From NCBI RefSeq assembly GCF_009931435.1, contig NZ_CP043414.1: a DNA stretch of 64,000 nt. The stretch is one strand, 5' to 3'. The translations under genes and the position numbers were made by a program. This DNA comes from Escherichia coli (GTDB lineage: Bacteria > Pseudomonadota > Gammaproteobacteria > Enterobacterales > Enterobacteriaceae). Shown here piece after piece: positions 31,929 through 41,647 of this stretch. The notes below the pieces were generated by a model. That model searched no databases and had not been told where the DNA came from. It saw nothing but the letters and a program-made list of their open reading frames with translations. Each line of letters opens with the position of its first letter. Positions within the stretch are counted from its first letter, which is position 1.

Positions 31929-31931
31929 TTA

Positions 31932-32969
31932 TCAGCCCTCCACCGGTTCGGAGACTTTGCCGATTGTCACAGCGGATTCATCAATGGCTGCATACAGCTC
32001 CGGCACTTCCACCGCGTAACCTTCATTGCGCAGGTATTTGTTTTCGAACTGCTTACGATCTTCAACAAACTCCGCCTTACGCATACGGGTATTACGCTGG
32101 GTGTAGATGTGCAGGTTAGAAAGTGGCGTAACCACCATGCGTTTACCCGGCATAAACGGCGGAATAATGGCCTGACGGCCAGCAATGGTGCTCCCCAGCA
32201 TCTGCGCAGCAATTTTTTCAGTCGGACGGTCTGCTGCCTGATACAGTCGGTATTGTTCAGCAGCGACCAGATCGGCACCGACCAGGACAACCAGACGCGG
32301 GTCATTGCGGAACTGTGCCGGAATTTTGGCGTTAATCAGATCGGATGCCATTGCATCCAGTGACGTGTAATCCCCAGCCGCATCCAGTACCACCGGATCG
32401 GTCATAATCTGATTACCACCCAGTAGCGTTTTCATGCGCTCATGCCAGCCAACGTTGACGTCTTCGCCGTTCGGGTTGTCGGTCGGGTTCGTGGTTTTTG
32501 CGCGGCTCTTACCGTTAAAACCAATACGCAGCATATCCAGCGCAAAAGCCTGCGTGGTGAAGGCCTGGACAAGGTTATAGAACTCGTTTTCGTCCTTTCC
32601 AGCATTTGCCCATACCGAAAGCAGATCCCAGCGCAACGCCGCGCAGCTGTCTGTCTCAGCCAGGGAATAATCGTTACCGTCAACGCCGACCTGACGAATA
32701 AAACGGCCATTTTCGCTGCGACCGGTATGCAGTACGGAGGAACCGACAGAAATCACCTGGCCACTTAACTGGTCAACATCCAGACAGGTGATCATGTTCA
32801 GGAACTCCACAGACTCCAGCAACGCCAGACGCAGCGCGTTTTCCTGCGGGTCATTCAGGGAAAAATAACGACTGGTATCACGTGCGCCGAACTGCTGCGC
32901 CATCCCACTCGAATATTTATCCAGTAAATCCCGCGCACGGTTATTAAGGTGCATAAAACTCCCTCGCAA
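31932..32969 (-). CDS. Major capsid protein, gpN-like
   Basis: 345 aa between scaffold and terminase small subunit; central GFNGK...VGW motif region resembles P2 gpN as recalled. Confidence 0.7.
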   Translation of the reverse strand: MRGSFMHLNNRARDLLDKYSSGMAQQFGARDTSRYFSLNDPQENALRLALLESVEFLNMITCLDVDQLSGQVISVGSSVLHTGRSENGRFIRQVGVDGNDYSLAETDSCAALRWDLLSVWANAGKDENEFYNLVQAFTTQAFALDMLRIGFNGKSRAKTTNPTDNPNGEDVNVGWHERMKTLLGGNQIMTDPVVLDAAGDYTSLDAMASDLINAKIPAQFRNDPRLVVLVGADLVAAEQYRLYQAADRPTEKIAAQMLGSTIAGRQAIIPPFMPGKRMVVTPLSNLHIYTQRNTRMRKAEFVEDRKQFENKYLRNEGYAVEVPELYAAIDESAVTIGKVSEPVEG

Positions 32970-33015
32970 TTAAGCGATAATAAAAATGTTCTGTATTAAT
33001 CAGCGGCAGTGCGAA

Positions 33016-33819
33016 TTACAGGAAATTAAATTTCCCGGCTTTATCTTTGATACTGCGCCCCGGTGTGCGGGTGGATTTATTACCCAAATCGTTAAAGCGT
33101 TTAACGATATCTTTCGCATTATCACGAATAGCCGCAAATTCTTCCGTGTCCACTACCTCAGCAATAGTGTCAACATCGCCCTGGACATCGTTCATCTGGC
33201 TTTCAATTTTTGCCACACGACCTTCCAGTTCATTCACTGCATTGGCCAGCGCCTGCAACTTATCATCACCCTGCCCGGAATCATCCGACTGCGATTCGTC
33301 TTCAAATTTCGGCTTAATGCCAAATAATTTCTGCCAATTCTTCATTCTGTTTTCCTGTTGAATTTTGCCATCACGGGAAATTACACAGCTGTAATACCCC
33401 TGCTTTGATAATTTTTTGCGCCGACTACTAAAGCGCAGCCGTGTGGTGCCAATACTGGCTGGCGTATCCGTTACCGCCAGCCCCTTCAGATAAGTACGCC
33501 CGCTACCGCGCCAGTTCTCCTCCGGCTCAATGGAGAAGAACAGAAGCTGGTCTTCATGGTTTGCGAAAATCAAACGCATATTTGGGCAGAGGCTGACGTA
33601 AAGTCGCGCCAGTCCGTCTTCACCATCTTTCCAGGTGGCCTCCAGTACCTCCCCGAAATTACCGCAATCGTCCTCATGTTCCGGCCAGATTAAGGCAACG
33701 AAGTGGCTATAGTCATAGGTTTCCCCCATATCAATAATCCACTGCCGTTTAATCTCTCTGCCGTCAACGGTATCCCCTTCGGTAGCCACACACAGCCAGT
33801 CAGTTTTTAAATGTGACAT
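33016..33819 (-). CDS. Capsid scaffolding protein, gpO-like
   Basis: 267 aa, YLKGLAVTDTPASIGT segment similar to P2 gpO; divergent from terminase large subunit gene. Confidence 0.7.
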   Translation of the reverse strand: MSHLKTDWLCVATEGDTVDGREIKRQWIIDMGETYDYSHFVALIWPEHEDDCGNFGEVLEATWKDGEDGLARLYVSLCPNMRLIFANHEDQLLFFSIEPEENWRGSGRTYLKGLAVTDTPASIGTTRLRFSSRRKKLSKQGYYSCVISRDGKIQQENRMKNWQKLFGIKPKFEDESQSDDSGQGDDKLQALANAVNELEGRVAKIESQMNDVQGDVDTIAEVVDTEEFAAIRDNAKDIVKRFNDLGNKSTRTPGRSIKDKAGKFNFL

Positions 33820-33901
33820 ATCCCCCCTGCTTCACTCCCTGACGCTGCAAATCAATTATTGCCAAATATAACCGCCACCGCATTACGCTTTATTCTTTTC
33901 A

Positions 33902-33926
33902 GTTCGGTTATAACGCTTTGCCGAAC
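33902..33926. promoter_or_regulatory. Dyad-symmetry element GTTCGG-N13-CCGAAC in divergent late promoter region
   Basis: Perfect 6-bp inverted repeat about 55-80 bp upstream of terminase ATG; candidate activator-binding site. Confidence 0.3.
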
Positions 33927-33980
33927 AGACGCGAATTAACACCACCGTTTTTTCATTACAGCCACGGCATAATTATCCGC

Positions 33981-35756
33981 ATGGCTAAATACTCCGAAGA
34001 ACTAAAAGGCGTTGTTCGCGCACTTTATTTGCGCCGCTATACGCCAAAAGAAATTGCATCAGAATTAAATCTGCCGAATGCGCGGATCGTTTACTACTGG
34101 GCGGAAAAATACAGCTGGGCAGATTTACTCAGTTTTGAAAGCACAGAAGAAGCGATCGAACGCCGTTACCAGCTGCTGGCCAGTCGCGATAACAAAACCG
34201 ATCTCGACCTGAAAGAAATGGACATGCTTATTGCACACGCCACGAAGCTGCGTGCTCAAAGCAATAAGCATAAAGAGAAGATGGCCAGCGGACAGGGAAG
34301 CGGGCAAGCAGCTGCGCGGGACAACAATGACGATGAATCCCGCAGCAAACGCAAATACAAGAAAAACGATATCTCATCGCTGACCCAGGAAGATTTTGAC
34401 GCTTGGGCAGAAGAGCATCTTTTTGAATACCAGAAACACCTGCGCCTGAACATTGGCCAACTGGTGCGAAACATCCTCAAAAGCCGCCAGATTGGTGCCA
34501 CTTGGTATTTTGCGTATGAAGCGTTTGAAAACGCCGTAATAACCGGCGATCCGCAAATCTTCCTGTCCGCCTCCAAAGCTCAGGCAGAAGTATTCCGTTC
34601 GTATATCGTCAACATTGCCGAGCAGTATTTCGGCATCACGCTGACCGGCAACCCGATCCGTTTAAGCAACGGCGCAGAGCTGCGTTTTCTCTCCACCAAT
34701 AAAAATACAGCGCAGTCCTACAGCGGCCACCTGTACTGCGACGAATATTTCTGGGTGCCGAACTTCACCCGGCTTAACGAAGTAGCCAGTGCGATGGCCA
34801 CGCACGACAAGTGGCGCACCACCTACTTTTCAACGCCGTCAGCCAAAACACACCAGGCGTACCCGTTCTGGACAGGTGAGGAATGGACACAGGGCAGTAA
34901 AAAACGAGCGGCAGTTAAATTCCCGTCCTTTGACGAAATGCGCGATGGCGGACGTCTTTGCCCGGATGGTCAGTGGCGCTACGTCATTACGATGGAAGAT
35001 GCCATTGCGGGCGGCTTTAACCTGGCCAACATCGAGAAACTGCGCAACCGCTACAACACGGCCACTTTTAACATGCTCTATATGTGCGTGTTCGTGGACA
35101 GCAAAGACTCCGTTTTCAGTTTCGCGGATCTGGAAGCCTGCGGCGTGGAGGTGGACACCTGGCAGGATCATAACCCGGATGCCCTGCGCCCCTTCGGAGA
35201 CAGACCCGTCTGGGGCGGTTTTGACCCGGCACGCAGCGGCGATTTGTCGTGTTTCGTCATTGTCGCCCCGCCGATGTTTGCCGTGGAGAAATTCCGCGTT
35301 CTGAAAGTGATTTACTGGAAGGGAATGAACTTCAGATACCAGGCAAAACAGATCGAACAGCTGTTTAAAAAATACAACTTCACGTATCTGGGCGTTGACG
35401 TTACCGGCATTGGCCAGGGTGTTTTTGACAATATCCAGCATTTCGCCATGCGTGTGGCCGTCGCCATTCGTTACGACATGAACACCCAAAACCAGCTGGT
35501 ACTGAAGGCGGCAGACGTGGTGGAAAGCCAGCGCATTGAATGGGACAAAAACCTGAAAGAGATCCCGGCCAGTTTTATGTCCGTGCGCCGAACCACCACA
35601 CAGAGCGGCAACGCCATGACGTTTGTCGCAGACCGCAGCCAGGACACTGGTCACGCAGAGGCATTCTGGGCAATCACCCACGCCCTGCATAACGAGCCTC
35701 TGAACTACGAAAACAAACCGAAATCCCGCTGGGGTGTGAGGAACAAAGCAGCATGA
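33981..35756 (+). CDS. Terminase large (ATPase) subunit, gpP-like
   Basis: Track ORF starts at TTG 33918; ATG at 33981 gives ~591 aa, the size of P2 gpP; divergent from O-N-M-L. Confidence 0.75.
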   Translation: MAKYSEELKGVVRALYLRRYTPKEIASELNLPNARIVYYWAEKYSWADLLSFESTEEAIERRYQLLASRDNKTDLDLKEMDMLIAHATKLRAQSNKHKEKMASGQGSGQAAARDNNDDESRSKRKYKKNDISSLTQEDFDAWAEEHLFEYQKHLRLNIGQLVRNILKSRQIGATWYFAYEAFENAVITGDPQIFLSASKAQAEVFRSYIVNIAEQYFGITLTGNPIRLSNGAELRFLSTNKNTAQSYSGHLYCDEYFWVPNFTRLNEVASAMATHDKWRTTYFSTPSAKTHQAYPFWTGEEWTQGSKKRAAVKFPSFDEMRDGGRLCPDGQWRYVITMEDAIAGGFNLANIEKLRNRYNTATFNMLYMCVFVDSKDSVFSFADLEACGVEVDTWQDHNPDALRPFGDRPVWGGFDPARSGDLSCFVIVAPPMFAVEKFRVLKVIYWKGMNFRYQAKQIEQLFKKYNFTYLGVDVTGIGQGVFDNIQHFAMRVAVAIRYDMNTQNQLVLKAADVVESQRIEWDKNLKEIPASFMSVRRTTTQSGNAMTFVADRSQDTGHAEAFWAITHALHNEPLNYENKPKSRWGVRNKAA

Positions 35757-36814
35757 GCAAAAAGAAACGCTTCGTTAAGCGCGACCCGCGCGGCGATAAA
35801 TCAAAAAAGATGAGCATTATCACGTTCGACAAACCGGAACCAGTGCTGACCACCGGCACGGATTACCGTGATATCTGGTATGACAACGCCGCAGATCACT
35901 ACACCCAGCCGATTGACCGGCTGGCGCTGGCGCAACTTATCAACCTTAACGGCCAGCATGGTGGCATCATCCACGCCCGAAAAAATATGATTGTGTCCGA
36001 TTACCTAGGGGGCGGTCTGACGTATGACCAGCTTGAAGCCGCAGCGTTTGACTATACGACCTTCGGAGATATCGCGATTGGCAAAATCCGCAATGGCTGG
36101 GGAGACGTGATCGGGCTGGAGCCTTTACCCGGTCTGTATATCCGCCGCCGTAAACTCAGGGATAACGCAGAAAATGTACCCGGTGATTATGTGGTTCTAC
36201 AGGAAGGAGAGCCGCAAATCTGGCCGCAGGAAGACATTATTTTTATCAAAATGTATGACCCCCAGCAGCACATCTACGGGCTGCCGGATTATATCGGAGG
36301 GGTGCATTCGGCCTTACTGAACAGTGAGGCGGTCATTTTCCGCCGTCGCTACTACCATAACGGCGCCCATACGGGTGGCATCCTGTACACGCGTGACCCC
36401 AGCATGACGGATGAAATGGAAGAAGAGATTGAACAGCAGCTGCGTGACAGCAAAGGGATCGGCAACTTCTCCACCATTCTGGTGAACATTCCAGGCGGGG
36501 ACGGTGACGCCATCAAATTCATTGAAATGGGGGATATCTCTGCAAAAGATGAATTTGCCAACATCAAAAATATCAGTGCGCAGGACATTCTCAACGCTCA
36601 CCGCTTTCCCGCAGGGCTGGCCGGAATTGTCCCGCAGAATACTGCCGGGCTGGGTGATGTTGAAAAGGCTGAAAGGATTTACAAGAAAAGCGAGATAGCG
36701 CCCATTCAGCGCCGGTTTATGACCGCTGTTAACAACGATCCCGAAATACCTGAACGGCTGCATCTTAACTTCGATTTAAGTTACACAGAATCAACGGATA
36801 AGGATGCGGCATGA
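35753..36814 (+). CDS. Portal protein, gpQ-like
   Basis: 353 aa, start overlaps terminase stop; P2-type P-Q arrangement. Confidence 0.75.
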   Translation: MSKKKRFVKRDPRGDKSKKMSIITFDKPEPVLTTGTDYRDIWYDNAADHYTQPIDRLALAQLINLNGQHGGIIHARKNMIVSDYLGGGLTYDQLEAAAFDYTTFGDIAIGKIRNGWGDVIGLEPLPGLYIRRRKLRDNAENVPGDYVVLQEGEPQIWPQEDIIFIKMYDPQQHIYGLPDYIGGVHSALLNSEAVIFRRRYYHNGAHTGGILYTRDPSMTDEMEEEIEQQLRDSKGIGNFSTILVNIPGGDGDAIKFIEMGDISAKDEFANIKNISAQDILNAHRFPAGLAGIVPQNTAGLGDVEKAERIYKKSEIAPIQRRFMTAVNNDPEIPERLHLNFDLSYTESTDKDAA

Positions 36815-36864
36815 GGCGAAAAAGGCTAAAATCCAGGCATCATTTAACAGCTGGAGCATGGAAT

Positions 36865-37134
36865 ATGCGAGTTCTGAAAATCGAATGCCCGGAATGCGGC
36901 TCAAAGGCTGTTATTCGTAAAACAAACCGGAAGCACCGGCAGATTGCGGATATTTACTGCGCATGTTCAGATGTGGAGTGTGGCCATACTTTTGTTATGA
37001 ACCTGACGTTCTCCCACACTCTCAGCCCCAGCGCTAAAACGGGTGATGCGATGGTGCAAAAAATACTGAATGCACTTTCACCCGATCAGCGCCAGATGGC
37101 ATTAGACCTACTGAAAGCGCCCCCCGCCGCCTGA
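36865..37134 (+). CDS. Ogr/Delta-family zinc-finger late-gene transcription activator (C-terminally extended)
   Basis: From ATG 36865: MRVLKIECPECG...YCACSDVECGHTF matches C-x2-C...C-x4-C-x2-TF spacing of Ogr/Delta/186 B. Confidence 0.6.
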   Translation: MRVLKIECPECGSKAVIRKTNRKHRQIADIYCACSDVECGHTFVMNLTFSHTLSPSAKTGDAMVQKILNALSPDQRQMALDLLKAPPAA

Positions 37135-37137
37135 AAT

Positions 37138-37170
37138 GCCCCCATTCTGGGGGCGTTGCCCTTCCTTTTT
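37138..37170 (+). terminator. Rho-independent terminator after ogr-like gene
   Basis: Hairpin gcccccattctgggggc followed by gttgcccttccttttt. Confidence 0.6.
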
Positions 37171-37433
37171 AACCATTTCGCGAACCTCTCCCGCAAGCTC
37201 TCCAATCCAGGCCAAAGCGATTGTTTTCTCTCTCTGGTTACTTTCGTAAACATGGGCAATTTTGGCCAATAACTCAATGCGTTCCAGCTGTGCCGACGCC
37301 TCCAAAAGATCCATTTAGCCCCCACAAGCAATAAATAACTGGATATACATACAGTATACCTTAAAGCACGAATTGTGAAATTTAATTTCCTGTCATCTAC
37401 TGACAAATGAATGCCTTTCACATACTTACACCG

Positions 37434-39458
37434 CTATAACCACCCCGGCCACAGCTCCTGTAATGGCTCGTTTTGAGTCTCTTTAAGCCGTCCGTTGCGG
37501 TAAATCAGAGCGCCCTGACCAAATCTCAAACCACTACCCCGCAGGAGAATAGCTATTTCTTCATCAGAACCATCAAAACCCCGACTGCGTAATTCCAGTT
37601 TTAACCGTCTGCGGGTTCCCCCTTCCGTACAGTTATTGACAGAACTCCAAGGGGCGGCGTTGCCGCCAGAAAAACCCGCCTCCGCTGGCGCTGCGGCCAA
37701 CTTCGCAACCTTCTGCCACTTCACCAGGCGCGTACATACCGCTGAATCTGGAATCAATGGAGAATAGACACCCTGAACGCGCTGCACGTCCTCTGCGTAT
37801 TCATTGCCCTGCTCTGTGATTTCATAAGCCAGACGAACAACCAGATCACGACGGGCAACCAGTGCGCCACCCTGCTCCTGGGTGTATGCCGCCCAGTCCC
37901 CAACATCCGCAGCAGCCAGAACCGCATCCATTCTGCGGTCAGTCAGCACCTGATCACGTAACCGGCGCAACTCGCGCCAGACTGTCACTGGCGCACCGCC
38001 AATCTGCTGAAACTGGCGAATGCGCCAGCGTGAAGCCCATGCAGAAACGGACTTGGCCATATCCCGCAGGTTCTCCCCTGTTTCGTCGTCCTGCTCACCA
38101 TCCAGCGCAAACCCATCAATGTTTTTGGATATGTATTTGGCGATGTAACCCGTAGCCGAACCTTTAGCGGGATCGATGGCTTCAACATGGAAACGTGCCT
38201 TTAGCGCGTTTGGCGTTTGCAGTTCTTCGGAGTCGGTAATTCTGGCGTGATAGCAAAGAATATCGCGCACGGTATCCACATCACCAGGACGCATAAAAAG
38301 CAGCATGTGCCAGTGCGGTGTCCCATCGTGGTGAGGCTCTACCACACGAAAACCAAAAACATGGATACCAGCACGGGAAATAGCGGCGCGGGCTTTCGCC
38401 CATACACCGCATAAGTAACGCTGGGTGTCCTGCGGGGTGCAGCCATCCCACTGTGAAACAAAGCCCCCTTTGCTGTGTACCGCATGGAATCGCGATGGCG
38501 CAGTGATGGTGTAAAACTCACCGGCCAGCCCTTCTTCATTGGCCATATCTTCAAATCCTCTCATTCTTACCATTAGCTCACAGCGACGGATCGCCGGATT
38601 AGCAACGCTGCGGTGCACCATGCTGTCCAGCGCAATACGCAGCCCTTCATCATTCAGCAGGTCAAACTTTTTGAAGAACTCAAGGTTCCGCTTTTTCTGG
38701 TCTATCCATTCGCCCAGGGTTTTACGGGACACATAAGCGCTGGCCGCTTTCTGTACTTGCCCCACTGCAATGGCCATATGCTCACGCTGCATATCCCGCG
38801 CCCGCTTAAGACGCAGATACCACCATTCTGGTGCCATCATGCGGAGGATCCCGGATTCAGCCTTACGCGTTTCCAGTTGCCCGCCATTAGCTTCATGTTC
38901 AGCCCAGTACGGCGGCGGATTGTTCAGCATCAGGGAACACGTGCATAAATGGCGGTAAGACTCCAGCGTACGGCGGCGCAGCTCTGCGGCATCGTCAGTG
39001 CTGCCCACAAACTGATTGGTAAAGTCATACAGTGACTGGGAGATCCAGCCAGATATCTGGCCAGCCAGTTTTTTGAGTTCCGGGCGGTCAAGTGACGGCA
39101 GTCGCTCCAGCGACTTACCGAAAGGAAGATCAAGTGCATCAGCGGCCAGTTTGTAACGTGCAGCCACTTTTCGCAGACGTGGCAATACATTCCCGCCGAT
39201 AGTTTTGCGCAGGAATGTATTGGCACGGCGACGCCCGTCACGACCAGCCAGCAGCTTTTCGTAACGGTTGCCAAAATACCCGGCTAACCAGTCGGGTATT
39301 TCATGCAGGTACTGGGATCGCCATTCATAATCCTGTGGGTTTACAGCCCGCAAACGGCGTTCTGTGATCGTTGCATCTGAAGGAGTGCCAGGCGCAAAGG
39401 TTTCACGCCGCCAGGCATTGACGGCGTGGTGTTGGCCAGGCTCCAGCATATCAACCAC
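37434..39458 (-). CDS. Replication initiation endonuclease (P2 gpA / 186 A family)
   Basis: 674 aa; size and position in early operon downstream of dam. Confidence 0.65.
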   Translation of the reverse strand: MVDMLEPGQHHAVNAWRRETFAPGTPSDATITERRLRAVNPQDYEWRSQYLHEIPDWLAGYFGNRYEKLLAGRDGRRRANTFLRKTIGGNVLPRLRKVAARYKLAADALDLPFGKSLERLPSLDRPELKKLAGQISGWISQSLYDFTNQFVGSTDDAAELRRRTLESYRHLCTCSLMLNNPPPYWAEHEANGGQLETRKAESGILRMMAPEWWYLRLKRARDMQREHMAIAVGQVQKAASAYVSRKTLGEWIDQKKRNLEFFKKFDLLNDEGLRIALDSMVHRSVANPAIRRCELMVRMRGFEDMANEEGLAGEFYTITAPSRFHAVHSKGGFVSQWDGCTPQDTQRYLCGVWAKARAAISRAGIHVFGFRVVEPHHDGTPHWHMLLFMRPGDVDTVRDILCYHARITDSEELQTPNALKARFHVEAIDPAKGSATGYIAKYISKNIDGFALDGEQDDETGENLRDMAKSVSAWASRWRIRQFQQIGGAPVTVWRELRRLRDQVLTDRRMDAVLAAADVGDWAAYTQEQGGALVARRDLVVRLAYEITEQGNEYAEDVQRVQGVYSPLIPDSAVCTRLVKWQKVAKLAAAPAEAGFSGGNAAPWSSVNNCTEGGTRRRLKLELRSRGFDGSDEEIAILLRGSGLRFGQGALIYRNGRLKETQNEPLQELWPGWL

Positions 39459-39651
39459 GGTTAACCCACTTGCGCCAGAAATCTATCAGGAAGGCCACTA
39501 CCAGCGGTAGCCAGAAAACCGCACTCAGAGTGATTAACCCTAAGTCCTCAGCGTCGTGATCAAATTCATCCGGGCATTCGTCCCATAAGAGAAAAGCGAA
39601 AGTGATACAGGCAAACAAGGCATAAAAGCCGGTGATAATTTCCGTCATCAT
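39451..39651 (-). CDS. Small hydrophobic protein (2 predicted TM helices)
   Basis: 66-aa ORF overlapping dam stop and gpA-like start. Confidence 0.3.
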   Translation of the reverse strand: MMTEIITGFYALFACITFAFLLWDECPDEFDHDAEDLGLITLSAVFWLPLVVAFLIDFWRKWVNRG

Positions 39652-40517
39652 GCCACCACCGCCCGAACATCGATCGCAGGGTTAGCAGGTGACTTAAGAA
39701 TCAGCTCAGCGGCCATTTTCTGGCTTGCAGCTGCTGCACCCACACTACGTGGCGCATTTACCCGAACAGCGTCGAATCCTGCATACAGGTAATGCACCAT
39801 TTCCAGATCGCTATTTGACGCGACAACCTTAATCCCACGCTCAGTCAGGCGGCGCAGCTTACGCGCCAGCCGTCCCTGATCCATGTGCGAAAAACCGCGC
39901 TCATGGTAAGCGGTGAAATTATCGCTATCAGTCAGGTAAGGCGGATCACAATAAACAACGTCATGCCCGTCCCTTACCAAATCAAGCGTTTCTGAATAGT
40001 GGGCAGTAATGAACGTTGCACGTTTCGCTTTTTCAGCAAAAGCGCGGATTTCATCAGCAGGAAAGTAGGTTTTTTTGTACTTACCAAAAGGAACATTGAA
40101 CTGGCCACGGCGATTGTATCGGCACAGGCCATTGAAGCAGTGACGGTTCAGATAAAGAAAACGCGCCGCAGCTTCCACAGATTCAGAACCAAAGGATTTG
40201 CCTGATTGGTTGAAGGCATCACGCACCGCGTAATAGAAAACAGCGCGGCTTTCTTCATTGCCTAATGAACCGGCAGAAAATAAAGCCTCCAGCTCAATGA
40301 GCAATGCATCAGTCTGATAGGCCATTGTCTTATACAGATTAACCAGGTCGGGATTCACATCAGCGATCAGGTACTCGCCATAATCCGTATTCATCATGAC
40401 AGCACATGAACCGGCAAAAGGTTCTATCAGGCGCTTGCCCTCCGGCAGATGGGGAAGCAACTGCGGCATAAGGCGGGCTTTACTGCCCACCCACTTAAGC
40501 GGAGTTTTTACTGCCAT
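39648..40517 (-). CDS. DNA adenine methyltransferase (Dam-like N6-adenine MTase), prophage-encoded
   Basis: 289 aa with N-terminal FAGS (EPFAGSCAV) SAM motif and DPPY catalytic motif (VVYCDPPYL). Confidence 0.8.
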   Translation of the reverse strand: MAVKTPLKWVGSKARLMPQLLPHLPEGKRLIEPFAGSCAVMMNTDYGEYLIADVNPDLVNLYKTMAYQTDALLIELEALFSAGSLGNEESRAVFYYAVRDAFNQSGKSFGSESVEAAARFLYLNRHCFNGLCRYNRRGQFNVPFGKYKKTYFPADEIRAFAEKAKRATFITAHYSETLDLVRDGHDVVYCDPPYLTDSDNFTAYHERGFSHMDQGRLARKLRRLTERGIKVVASNSDLEMVHYLYAGFDAVRVNAPRSVGAAAASQKMAAELILKSPANPAIDVRAVVA

Positions 40518-40741
40518 GCTGCACCGCCTTTACTGCAAATCGCTGCGGCTTCTTCGCGGATTAACTCAACGATTTCCGTTGCGCTTAAACCTTCATTGAC
40601 GGCATGGGTGGCCAGCTTATCCAGGCGGGTGGAACACAGATCAGCAGCAGCTGCTTTACCTTCCTGCGTGGCTTTGGTGAGCATAGCCAGCAGGTCAGTG
40701 CCTGATTTTGTTGCGGGTAAATCCTGACATGTCATGTGCAT
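40508..40741 (-). CDS. Hypothetical phage early protein (77 aa)
   Basis: ORF track; operon with overlapping stop/start; no motif recognised. Confidence 0.3.
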   Translation of the reverse strand: MHMTCQDLPATKSGTDLLAMLTKATQEGKAAAADLCSTRLDKLATHAVNEGLSATEIVELIREEAAAICSKGGAAWQ

Positions 40742-40808
40742 TTTGGTTTCCTTAAGGCAAAAGAATCCCCGGCCACCTAAGCTGTGGCCAAAAAATTCAG
40801 GTTGTTAA

Positions 40809-41210
40809 TTAGTGAAAAGCGGGTTGTACAGTGACTGCGGAATGATTCGGTGCTGGAATAAGGTGCAGCTCGTACGTTGTCCGCCACCACTCCTGGATCA
40901 GTGCTTTAATCTCGCCAACACCCAACGCCCCGGCCGTATAGAAAATTGCGCGGATTCCGGCAATTGCTTCAATTTGCGCTTCTTTGCTCTCTGCCTCGCG
41001 GTACACGCAGCACCAAAAAGCGGCATTTATCGCCAGCCAATGACGCGGGTTAGTCATGTGTTCGGTGTCATTGAAGAAGAAAGGATGCAAAGCGATACGG
41101 CCATTTTTACTGGTACTTTTCTCAGCAAAAGCCACAGCGTAATTGTGAGGAACTCCCCACGCGGCCAATTCAGCCCCTAACGATTTACCTTCAACGGAAA
41201 TAATGGCCAT
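40809..41210 (-). CDS. Hypothetical phage early protein (133 aa)
   Basis: ORF track; co-directional early operon. Confidence 0.35.
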   Translation of the reverse strand: MAIISVEGKSLGAELAAWGVPHNYAVAFAEKSTSKNGRIALHPFFFNDTEHMTNPRHWLAINAAFWCCVYREAESKEAQIEAIAGIRAIFYTAGALGVGEIKALIQEWWRTTYELHLIPAPNHSAVTVQPAFH

Positions 41211-41638
41211 CAGAGATTCCCTTGTTGTTGCAACTTATGGACGATGTGAGGCGCGATAATCATCTGCGGCCCCCGATTGTTAATGATTGGATAAACCCGC
41301 TTTATCGGACGGTTCACGGTACTTTTAGAAAAATCACTGTCACGCAATGACCCGAATCCGTTCATCGTCAGACGCGCTCGGGAAATGCCGCAACGCAGTT
41401 GAATCATTGCCCGGTAATCCAGACGCTCAAACAGCTCCCGCCAGCAGCATTTGCTTAAGTGGGCTTTGAATACACTCAAGCCAGAATTAACAGCGGCGGC
41501 ATGGAGAACTACCCCGCGCCATTCAGGTGTTAATTTGTCCCACCAGTCAGCAGCCTCACTACTGGTATTGAAGTATTTGCGGCGAATCTTTTTAAGCTGT
41601 TCCAGTCCGCGCTGTTGCTGTTCCTGGCTAATTGCCAT
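41210..41638 (-). CDS. Hypothetical phage early protein (142 aa)
   Basis: ORF track; start adjacent to stop of upstream small ORF. Confidence 0.35.
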   Translation of the reverse strand: MAISQEQQQRGLEQLKKIRRKYFNTSSEAADWWDKLTPEWRGVVLHAAAVNSGLSVFKAHLSKCCWRELFERLDYRAMIQLRCGISRARLTMNGFGSLRDSDFSKSTVNRPIKRVYPIINNRGPQMIIAPHIVHKLQQQGNL

Positions 41639-41647
41639 AACCCCCCC

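Noticed and set aside
34839-35690. 283-aa minus-strand ORF
   Set aside because: Antisense to the terminase large-subunit gene; shadow ORF.
37086-37421. Small minus-strand ORFs (111 and 68 aa) in the gap between ogr-like gene and gpA-like gene
   Set aside because: Overlap the ogr-like 3' end and its terminator on the opposite strand; region more plausibly holds cos and terminators; kept only as a possibility.
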